Assembly: GCA_905236385.1 (NCBI GenBank)
Contig: CAJOOY010000034.1
Location: forward strand, 14,048 to 78,047
Source: an uncultured Spirochaetia bacterium
GTDB taxonomy: Bacteria; Spirochaetota; Spirochaetia; Sphaerochaetales; Sphaerochaetaceae
Direction: 5' to 3'
Length of the DNA stretch: 64,000 nucleotides
In this document: in pieces, positions 57,259-64,000 of the stretch
Layout: each line of letters starts with the position of its first letter
Numbering within the stretch: position 1 is the first letter of the stretch
Translations under genes and position numbers: made by a program
Notes under the pieces: model-generated
Databases searched by the model: none
What the model saw: the letters and a program-made list of their open reading frames with translations, nothing else
Told to the model about the DNA's origin: nothing

Positions 57259-58473
57259 ATGACAAATGACAAACACTCTGATACTTATCAAAGGCGTCCA
57301 AACGTTTTTTTATACTTTTTAGCTGGCATCTATTTTTCTGTTTATTGTAAGCTTTTCTGTCATCTAAGGATCAAAGGGGATAAACCCAAAGGACCAGCGG
57401 TAATTGTCAGTAACCATGCTTCAAATGCTGATTACAAGATAATAGCTGTGTCGGCCTATCCAAGAAGAATCAACTTTCTTGGTACCTATCATTGGTTTAC
57501 CTTCAAGAAGTTTGCCTTCTGGCTGAAGGTGATAGGTGTCATCCCGAAGTATCAGTTTGCCACTGACCTCAAGTCATTCAGAAAGATGCAGTACGTTCTC
57601 AAGGAAAACAAGGGCATGATTTACATTGCACCTGAAGGAACAATCTTTGCAAACGGCAAGTTGGGCCCTATCTCTCCTTCCATAGCAAAAATGATCCGTA
57701 TGTTCCGTGTTCCTGTCTATGCCTCCAGAATAGAAGGTACAGGTCTTGGCATGGCAAAATGGACCAGAAAGCTTCACAGAACCCATGTAACAGTAACTAC
57801 AAAGAAGATTATCAGTGAGGAAGAGTGCGGAAAACTTTCTGTAGATACGATTATGAACAGAATTATTAATTCTCTTTCTTATAATGAGTTCGATTATCAG
57901 AGTCTGAACGCTATCTCTTCAAAAGACAAGAATCTTGCTGAAGGTTTTGAGACCATGTTCTACAAATGTCCTTGCTGCAAAAGTGAATTTACCCTAAAGA
58001 CATATGAGAATACTGTTGAATGCACCCAGTGCGGGTCTAAGGCACATATAGGAATAGATTTCCGTTTCAAATGGAATGGGGAAAAACAGTATTTTGATAA
58101 CTATATTCAATGGTATGACTGGCAGAAAGAAGAGCTTAGAAAAGAGATTGAGAAACCGGATTTTAAGTTGGAAGATGAAGTTGAATATGCCATAGATAAA
58201 AGCGGGATTAACAATTATGTAAAAGTGGGGAAGGGAAAAATGACACTGTCTCACACAGGTTGGGACTATAAGGGAACATTTGATGGGAAATCTGTGGAAG
58301 AGCACGATGATTTGTCTCAGGTTTACCTGGCCACTTTAAAGGTAGGACTACACTTTGAACTGCCATACAGGTTTGATCACTGCAGGGTCTTCTATCCAAA
58401 AAACGGACTAACATCTATGAAATGGCATCTTGCCTCAAGAGTAATAAGTGAATTACTTGCCGAAAAAGGCTAA
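57259..58473 (+). CDS. PlsC-type acyltransferase with a C-terminal zinc-ribbon-containing extension
   Basis: HX4D motif NHASNAD and a PEGT box. CPCCKS...CTQCGS lies about 230 residues in. Confidence 0.75.
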   Translation: MTNDKHSDTYQRRPNVFLYFLAGIYFSVYCKLFCHLRIKGDKPKGPAVIVSNHASNADYKIIAVSAYPRRINFLGTYHWFTFKKFAFWLKVIGVIPKYQFATDLKSFRKMQYVLKENKGMIYIAPEGTIFANGKLGPISPSIAKMIRMFRVPVYASRIEGTGLGMAKWTRKLHRTHVTVTTKKIISEEECGKLSVDTIMNRIINSLSYNEFDYQSLNAISSKDKNLAEGFETMFYKCPCCKSEFTLKTYENTVECTQCGSKAHIGIDFRFKWNGEKQYFDNYIQWYDWQKEELRKEIEKPDFKLEDEVEYAIDKSGINNYVKVGKGKMTLSHTGWDYKGTFDGKSVEEHDDLSQVYLATLKVGLHFELPYRFDHCRVFYPKNGLTSMKWHLASRVISELLAEKG

Positions 58474-58503
58474 TGAAGTTATATTTGCGTAGGAGTGTGA
58501 ACT

Positions 58504-58764
58504 ATGACTATTAAACCACTAGGTGAAAGAGTTCTTGTCAAGGTTGAAAAAGCCGAAGAGAAGACAGCAAGCGGTCTTTTTATTCCTCAGACTTCTCAGG
58601 AAAAGACCCAGTTCGCTTTTGTAGAGGAAGTAGGACCGGAGGTCAAGACTGTAAAAAAAGGAGATAAGATTCTCCATGATAAATATGCCGGCACAGCTCT
58701 TAAGCTTGATTCAGAAGATTATCTGATTCTTGAGCTTAAAGATGTTCTGGCTGTTATCTGCTGA
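58504..58764 (+). CDS. groES: Co-chaperonin GroES
   Basis: IKPLGERVLVK and TASGLFIP mobile-loop context. 86 aa. Confidence 0.95.
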   Translation: MTIKPLGERVLVKVEKAEEKTASGLFIPQTSQEKTQFAFVEEVGPEVKTVKKGDKILHDKYAGTALKLDSEDYLILELKDVLAVIC

Positions 58765-58786
58765 TCAGAACTAATTTTCACAAACA

Positions 58787-58812
58787 GGGCTGCGTTTGCA
58801 GCTCTTTTTTTT
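58787..58812 (+). terminator. Rho-independent terminator after groES
   Basis: GGGCTGC-gttt-GCAGCTC stem (one G-U pair) followed by T8. Confidence 0.8.
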
Positions 58813-58831
58813 CATAATTTAATAATCAACC

Positions 58832-58861
58832 TTGTTTTTCTCACTTTAAAAAAAATATAAT
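58832..58861 (+). promoter_or_regulatory. Candidate sigma-70 promoter for the OMP/LRR-lipoprotein pair
   Basis: TTGTTT (58832-58837), 18-nt spacer, TATAAT (58856-58861). Confidence 0.35.
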
Positions 58862-58894
58862 ATCCTAAATAATATTTTTTTCTGGAGTTTATTT

Positions 58895-59437
58895 ATGAAA
58901 AAATCTTTAATCCTTGTTCTGGTTGCTTTTGTCTGCCTCAGTGCAGTTTATGCTTCCGGAAATGCGGTAAAGGTTTCTGTTGTTCCTTACGGATGGCAGA
59001 TTACAACATCTTCAGCAGATAATGAGAATCCTTTTTCTTCCAAATATGGAATAGGTCTTGAAGCTTCTTATCAGCTGGGCATTGAAAAAGGCTTTTATGC
59101 TGAAATGGGTCTCGGATGGAATACGTTTATCATGAAAGATGACAGACCTGCTTTTACAAACATTCTTGCCTTTGCCGGTCTGGGATACAGGTATGATTTC
59201 AATGACAAGCTCTCCTGTTCTGCAAATGCAGGAGTTGGAACAGACACTCTGATTTATATTTCCAAAGCTTCAGAGACAGTCACTCTCAGATCAGCACTGG
59301 ACGTTTCCTATGCCATCAGCGACAGTCTTGAACTGTCTCTTGGATGCAGAGGAACATTCGGATTTGCAAAAGATGAGTCAGCCAACTATGTCAACTACAG
59401 AATTCTGCCTGTTCTAGGCATAAGCTACAAATTCTGA
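58895..59437 (+). CDS. Small outer-membrane beta-barrel protein (about 8 strands)
   Basis: Signal peptide ending VYA. Alternating amphipathic strands. C-terminal ISYKF with a terminal Phe, typical of BAM substrates. Confidence 0.72.
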   Translation: MKKSLILVLVAFVCLSAVYASGNAVKVSVVPYGWQITTSSADNENPFSSKYGIGLEASYQLGIEKGFYAEMGLGWNTFIMKDDRPAFTNILAFAGLGYRYDFNDKLSCSANAGVGTDTLIYISKASETVTLRSALDVSYAISDSLELSLGCRGTFGFAKDESANYVNYRILPVLGISYKF

Positions 59438-59451
59438 AAAGGAAGGAAAAC

Positions 59452-60381
59452 ATGAAAAAGATATCTATTATCCTTATTTCCATAGTCTTGCTTTTACTTG
59501 CATCCAGTTGTGATGGACAGGTATTTTCCGAACTTATGGATACTGAAACTCAAACAATTGATTATACAACAGTCCCTCTGACTCTTGAATTCACTGCTGA
59601 TGGCGAACTTTCATTTATTAATCTCAGAGACAGCCTGCAGTATTCTATCAATGGTGGAGCAAAAACAAATGCTCCAGACAGTATAGATGTTAAAGCAAAT
59701 GATATAGTTAGACTTTATGCTGAGGCTGCAGAGCAGTCAAATTCAAGCTATCTTAAGATCAACTGTACTTCTGATTGCTATGTATATGGCAATGTGATGA
59801 GTCTTCTTGATCCTGATAACTTTGCTACTAATACTGAAATAACAGTAAAAGGGGCTTTTTTAGGATTATTTTTAAATAATACACATATAAAGAATCATGA
59901 AACAAAGAAGCTGGTTCTGCCAGCAACTACATTGGCTGAATCTTGCTATGAAGATATGTTCTCTGGCTGTACAAGTCTGGAAGTGGCTCCTGAATTGCCA
60001 GCAACTACATTGGCTGAATCTTGCTATTTAAATATGTTCTATGGCTGTACAGGTCTGACTAAGGCTCCAGAACTGCCAGCAACAACATTGGCTAATTATT
60101 GCTATGCCTATATGTTCTATAACTGTATTGGTCTGACTAAGGCTCCAGAACTGCCAGCAACTACATTGGCTCATTCTTGCTATGAAGGTATGTTCTCTGA
60201 CTGTGCAAGTCTGATTTCAGTCACTTGTCTTGCAACAGATATCTCAGCAGGTTACTGTACAACTGATTGGCTTAAAGGTGTTTCACCTTCAGGAACCTTT
60301 ACAAAAGCTTCTGCTATGAATAGCTGGGAAAGTGGTTCCTATGGTATTCCTTCAGGATGGGATGTTGAGGATAAACAGTAA
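59452..60381 (+). CDS. Leucine-rich-repeat (BspA/TpLRR-like) surface lipoprotein
   Basis: Lipobox LLASSC. Four tandem 26-aa repeats of LPATTLAxxCYxxMFxGCxxLxxAPE. Confidence 0.82.
   Translation: MKKISIILISIVLLLLASSCDGQVFSELMDTETQTIDYTTVPLTLEFTADGELSFINLRDSLQYSINGGAKTNAPDSIDVKANDIVRLYAEAAEQSNSSYLKINCTSDCYVYGNVMSLLDPDNFATNTEITVKGAFLGLFLNNTHIKNHETKKLVLPATTLAESCYEDMFSGCTSLEVAPELPATTLAESCYLNMFYGCTGLTKAPELPATTLANYCYAYMFYNCIGLTKAPELPATTLAHSCYEGMFSDCASLISVTCLATDISAGYCTTDWLKGVSPSGTFTKASAMNSWESGSYGIPSGWDVEDKQ
59917..60228 (+). repeat. 4 x 78-bp in-frame tandem repeat inside the LRR lipoprotein gene
   Basis: Units start at 59917, 59995, 60073 and 60151. Each begins (C/T)TGCCAGCAAC(T/A)ACATTGGCT and is highly similar at the nucleotide level. 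Confidence 0.9.
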
Positions 60382-60423
60382 GAACTGTATATGATTATTC
60401 TTTGATTTGTTGATTCAACATTA

Positions 60424-60466
60424 GCCGCCTTGCTCATTTGGAGTGGGGCGGCATTCTTATTATTTT
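60424..60466 (+). terminator. Rho-independent terminator after the LRR lipoprotein gene
   Basis: 12-bp stem GCCGCCTTGCTC/GAGTGGGGCGGC (three G-U pairs), 5-nt loop, T-rich tail. Confidence 0.65.
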
Positions 60467-60535
60467 GGTTCATTTGATTTCTGTTTTATATTAATTAAAT
60501 TTGACGGTTTATATTTGTTTTAGTAACTTAGTTTC

Positions 60536-60829
60536 ATGAAGGGAACCATACCAAGACTTATATGCGAATACAGTGATCTTGTTCTTGCAGTTGCAGATGA
60601 CAGGAACAATGATCCGGCCTGGGATAGGTTTTATCATATCCAGATGGCCATTTATCTTCTCTCGCATGCTAATTGCAGCATAAATCTTGAAGATTCCATT
60701 CATGCCTATCACATGATTTTCAATGTCTGGCAGGACCTTGAAGAGTGGTGTGGACCCTCTTGTTGTGGTCTTTCTGACCCTGAATCCATCTTCAAATCTA
60801 TCCCAATAGACTTTTTAGGGTCAAATTGA
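60536..60829 (+). CDS. Orphan hypothetical ORF (coding status and strand uncertain)
   Basis: 97-codon ATG ORF with no SD. The opposite strand is also open over about 100 codons. No motif recognised by eye. Confidence 0.3.
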   Translation: MKGTIPRLICEYSDLVLAVADDRNNDPAWDRFYHIQMAIYLLSHANCSINLEDSIHAYHMIFNVWQDLEEWCGPSCCGLSDPESIFKSIPIDFLGSN

Positions 60830-60938
60830 CGCATTTTTAATTGTTTTTTTGACTACAGTATCATTTTGACACTCTTAATTTAACTGTTCATTGTTTTTGG
60901 TTGTGTTTTAAGGTCTTTAAATGCATGTTTTTTGAATT

Positions 60939-60954
60939 TGGCACGAACCTTGCT
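60939..60954 (+). promoter_or_regulatory. Sigma-54 (RpoN) -24/-12 promoter
   Basis: TGGCACGAACCTTGCT matches TGGCAC-N5-TTGC at every specified position. Oriented toward the sigma factor gene. Confidence 0.7.
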
Positions 60955-60956
60955 TG

Positions 60957-61709
60957 ATGTTTGACATGAACAATGTAAATTATTTGATTGACAACGAACA
61001 AAGCTCTCTTACAACATACCTCAAGGAAGTTGAGAGAATTCCCCTTCTGACACGTGAGCAGGAGTATGAACTGGCTCTCAAGGCTAAAAACGGAGACTCT
61101 CTAGCTAGAGAAAAACTCGTTGAATCAAACTCAAGATTTGTAATCAGTGTTGCTAAACAGTTTCAGGGAAGGGGACTTCCACTTGAAGATTTAATCAGTG
61201 AAGGAAACTTGGGTTTACTCATTGCTATAGATAAGTTTGAACCTGAAACAGGAAACCACTTCATAAGCTACGCCATCTGGTGGATCAGACAGTCCATTCT
61301 TAAGGCACTGAACGAGAAGTCCAGAATGGTCAGGCTTCCTGCAAACAAAATTAAAGATGCAGATATATATGGAATAGATGTAACCAGTCTTGATACTCCT
61401 ATTAATGATGATGAAGACTCATCTCTTGGAGATGTTATCCAGAGCACTGATGACAACCCAGAAGATTCAGTTATGGAGCAGACACTCACAGAAGCCATAG
61501 ATAAGGCGCTCTCATCCTTTGATGATAAGGAGAGAGATATAATTATCAGACGTTTTGGCCTTCATAACACAGAACCCATGAGTCTTCAGGAAATTGGCTC
61601 ACTCTACGGGGTAACCAAGGAAAGAATCAGACAGATTGAGAAAAAAGTTCTTACATCCATGAAACAGATAGATGAAGTGCAGGATTTAAGGGCTTATATG
61701 GCCTCTTAA
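60957..61709 (+). CDS. Sigma-70-family alternative sigma factor (RpoS/RpoD-like regions 1.2-2 and 4; region 3 nearly absent)
   Basis: DLISEGNLGLLIAIDKF and FISYAIWWIRQSI (regions 2.2-2.4). Region 4.2 HTH: SLQEIGSLYGVTKERIRQIE. Start ambiguous: TTG 60954, ATG 60957 or ATG 60966. Confidence 0.9.
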   Translation: MFDMNNVNYLIDNEQSSLTTYLKEVERIPLLTREQEYELALKAKNGDSLAREKLVESNSRFVISVAKQFQGRGLPLEDLISEGNLGLLIAIDKFEPETGNHFISYAIWWIRQSILKALNEKSRMVRLPANKIKDADIYGIDVTSLDTPINDDEDSSLGDVIQSTDDNPEDSVMEQTLTEAIDKALSSFDDKERDIIIRRFGLHNTEPMSLQEIGSLYGVTKERIRQIEKKVLTSMKQIDEVQDLRAYMAS

Positions 61710-61803
61710 TTGTAGTTTTACATTGACATTAGTTTGATTTTCAAAGAGAATTGGTACGTTCTTTATATTGCTAAAAAATTATTAATTTTCTAAGGGAAAT
61801 CAA

Positions 61804-64000
61804 ATGGAAAAAAAAGTAACTAAATGGGTTTATTTCTTTGGCAACGGAAGAGCCGAAGGAACTGCCAACATGAAGGATGTCCTTGGAGGTAAGGGTGCAA
61901 ACCTTGCTGAGATGACCAGTATTGGACTTCCTGTTCCTCCCGGATTCACAATCAGTACCTATGCTTGTGATTATTTTACAAAGCATGATGGTCAGTATCC
62001 TGATGGAATGAAAGAAGAGGTACTTCTCAACCTCAAGCAGCTTGAGAAGACTATGGGTGCTTCTCTTGGAGATCCTGTCAATCCTCTTCTTGTCTCAGTC
62101 AGAAGCGGTGCTGCACAGTCAATGCCAGGAATGATGGATACAGTTCTCAACCTTGGTCTTAATCCAACCACTGTTGATGCTATGGCTAAAAAGACAAACA
62201 ACGAGCGTTTTGCATGGGACAGCTACAGACGTTTCATCCAGATGTTCGGAGATGTTGTCATGGGCGTTCCTCATGCTAAGTTTGAGGAAGCCATCCAGGA
62301 TGTTAAGGATGAAGAAGGTCTTACATGGGACTATGAGCTTACAACAGAGCACCTTCAGAACCTTGTGAAGCGCTACAAGAGAATCTACAAGCGCCACACT
62401 GGAGAAGAGTTCCCAACAGATCCTTATGAGCAGCTTTTCAAGGCTATAAATGCTGTCTTCGGTTCTTGGAACAACGACAGAGCTATTAAGTACAGACAGA
62501 TGAATGATATTCGTGGTCTTCTCGGAACAGCTGTTAACGTTCAGTCAATGGTTTTCGGTAACATGGGCGAGACTTCCGGAACCGGTGTTGCTTTCACAAG
62601 AGATCCATCCACCGGAGATAACCATTTCTACGGTGAATACCTTATGAATGCTCAGGGTGAAGACGTTGTTGCAGGTATCAGAACACCTCAGTCAATTGAA
62701 ACACTCAGAAAGGTAAACGAAGGCGTTTACAACCAGCTCTGTGGAATCAGAGAAACACTCGAGAAGCATTATCATGATATGCAGGATATGGAGTTCACCA
62801 TCCAGGAAGGCAAGCTCTTCATGCTTCAGACAAGAAGTGGAAAGAGAACAATCTTCAGCTGGCTCAGAAGCCAGGTTGAAATGGTTGAAGAAGGTCTGGT
62901 TGACAAGAAGACAGCTGTAAGCCGTGTTCCTGCTTCAGAGTTCAATAAGCTCTTTGCTCCTATCCTTGACCAGGCACAGATTAAGAAGAATGGTATCAAG
63001 CCTATCACAACAGGTTTGAACGCTTCTCCTGGTGGAGCTTGCGGACAGGTTTACTTCTCAGCAGAAGACGCTGAAGAGCAGGCTAAGCTTGGTAAGGATG
63101 TTATTCTTGTTAGAACAGAAACATCTCCTGAGGATATTGGCGGAATGGCTGTTTCTAAGGGTGTTGTTACCTGCCGTGGTGGTATGACAAGCCACGCTGC
63201 TGTTGTTGCCAGAGGTATGGGTTGCCCATGTGTTTCCGGAGCAGGTGAGATTATTGTCAACTTCGGAAAGAAATACTTTGAAGTAAACGGCACAATTGTT
63301 AAAGAAGGAGACTTCATCTCAATTGATGGTTTCTCAGGTGCTGTCTATGCTGCAAAGATAGATGTTAAGGATTCTGAGATTCTTCAGGTTCTTGACGGTC
63401 ACATGAAGGAAAGTGATTCAAATCTTTTCCAGAACTACAAGAAGTTCATGAGCTACGTTGATGATATTAAGACCATGGGAGTCAGAACAAACGCTGATAC
63501 TCCTGCAGATACTCACAGAGCAGTTCTTCTTGGTGCTGAAGGTATTGGTCTCTGCAGAACAGAGCACATGTTCTTCGGCGGTACAAGAATCATCAACATG
63601 AGAAAGATGATTCTTGCCAATAATACAAGAGAAAGAGAAGATGCTCTTGCTGAGATTCTTCCAATGCAGAGAGAAGACTTTGAAGCCATGTTCACAGAGC
63701 TTAAGGGACTTCCAGCAAACATCAGACTTCTTGATCCTCCTCTACATGAATTCCTTCCGAATGACTCTACGACAAGACATGAGCTTTCACTCAAGCTTGG
63801 TATTTCAGTTGAAGAGATTGCTCAGAAGTGTGCTTCTCTTCACGAGTTCAACCCAATGCTCGGTTTCAGAGGCTGCCGTCTTGCTATCATCTATCCTGAG
63901 ATTCTCAAGATGCAGGTCAGAGCAATTATTGAGGCTGCAATCAATGTCCAGTCCAAGGGAATCAAGGTCTATCCGGAAATTATGATTCCTCTCGTAGGTC
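61804..64000 (+). CDS. ppdK: Pyruvate phosphate dikinase, 3'-truncated by the window edge
   Basis: Not in the ORF track because it runs off the window. ATG 61804 follows AAGGGA. MEKKVTKWVYFFGNGRAEGTANMKDVLGGKGANLAEM N-terminus. Phospho-His motif GGMTSHAAVVARGMG near 63180. Confidence 0.95.
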   Translation, partial: MEKKVTKWVYFFGNGRAEGTANMKDVLGGKGANLAEMTSIGLPVPPGFTISTYACDYFTKHDGQYPDGMKEEVLLNLKQLEKTMGASLGDPVNPLLVSVRSGAAQSMPGMMDTVLNLGLNPTTVDAMAKKTNNERFAWDSYRRFIQMFGDVVMGVPHAKFEEAIQDVKDEEGLTWDYELTTEHLQNLVKRYKRIYKRHTGEEFPTDPYEQLFKAINAVFGSWNNDRAIKYRQMNDIRGLLGTAVNVQSMVFGNMGETSGTGVAFTRDPSTGDNHFYGEYLMNAQGEDVVAGIRTPQSIETLRKVNEGVYNQLCGIRETLEKHYHDMQDMEFTIQEGKLFMLQTRSGKRTIFSWLRSQVEMVEEGLVDKKTAVSRVPASEFNKLFAPILDQAQIKKNGIKPITTGLNASPGGACGQVYFSAEDAEEQAKLGKDVILVRTETSPEDIGGMAVSKGVVTCRGGMTSHAAVVARGMGCPCVSGAGEIIVNFGKKYFEVNGTIVKEGDFISIDGFSGAVYAAKIDVKDSEILQVLDGHMKESDSNLFQNYKKFMSYVDDIKTMGVRTNADTPADTHRAVLLGAEGIGLCRTEHMFFGGTRIINMRKMILANNTREREDALAEILPMQREDFEAMFTELKGLPANIRLLDPPLHEFLPNDSTTRHELSLKLGISVEEIAQKCASLHEFNPMLGFRGCRLAIIYPEILKMQVRAIIEAAINVQSKGIKVYPEIMIPLVG

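Noticed and set aside
59917-60228. Regular 78-bp repeats, considered as a possible CRISPR array.
   Set aside because: The units are contiguous with no spacers, in frame, and encode a 26-aa LRR motif inside a lipoprotein ORF. No cas genes are in the window.
60509-60712. The minus-strand 67-codon ORF (MIGMNGIFKIY...) listed in the ORF track.
   Set aside because: Its ATG is internal to a longer open frame that has no start, it has no RBS, and it overlaps an equally plausible + strand ORF. It is treated as part of the unresolved region rather than called as a gene.

Overview
This window looks like core chromosome from a spirochaete, probably Treponema-like. That inference rests on gene content: V-type ATPase I/K, a TmpC/PnrA-type BMP nucleoside ABC transporter, pyruvate phosphate dikinase, an FlhF-like gene, BspA-type LRR lipoproteins, and groES without groEL. 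About 57 tightly packed genes are present, and all but four are on the + strand.

Gene order along the window:
- V-ATPase tail.
- Purine-nucleoside uptake and salvage locus (BMP SBP, ABC ATPase, two permeases, deoD, nucleoside hydrolase).
- ispG, uvrA, an LptD-like outer-membrane protein, and phoH/7TM-HD/ybeY.
- A cell-wall pair: a PBP pedestal-only protein and a LysM protein with a degenerate LytM domain.
- 5'-nucleotidase, then a small OMP plus lipoprotein pair.
- folD, miaB, a Sir2 deacylase and typA.
- A stripped-down dcw cluster: mraZ, rsmH, ftsL-like, ftsW-like, ftsQ, ftsA, ftsZ.
- xer, dprA, xer, hslVU and an FlhF-like gene.
- gap, pgk, tpiA, secG, a parvulin PPIase, nusB, map, a phosphoribosyltransferase and secA.
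- cvpA, holB, a PAS histidine kinase and an NtrC-type sigma-54 activator.
- dinG-like helicase, an acyltransferase and groES.
- A second OMP plus LRR-lipoprotein pair, an RpoS/RpoD-like sigma factor, and a 3'-partial ppdK.

I see no CRISPR array, IS element, prophage, tRNA/rRNA gene or recognisable defence island.

The most interesting signal is a perfect sigma-54 -24/-12 promoter abutting the start codon of the sigma-70-family sigma factor gene. The matching bEBP two-component pair lies 5.8 kb upstream. This is a Borrelia-type RpoN-to-alternative-sigma cascade signature, possibly with a leaderless transcript.

Secondary items:
- An FtsW-like SEDS protein that seems to lack the catalytic residues.
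- A class-B PBP pedestal-only protein.
- An FlhF-like protein with degenerate G2-G4 GTPase motifs.
- MraZ-box repeats upstream of mraZ.
- A 4 x 78-bp in-frame tandem repeat in a surface LRR lipoprotein.

All functional calls come from reading motifs by eye. No database search was run.
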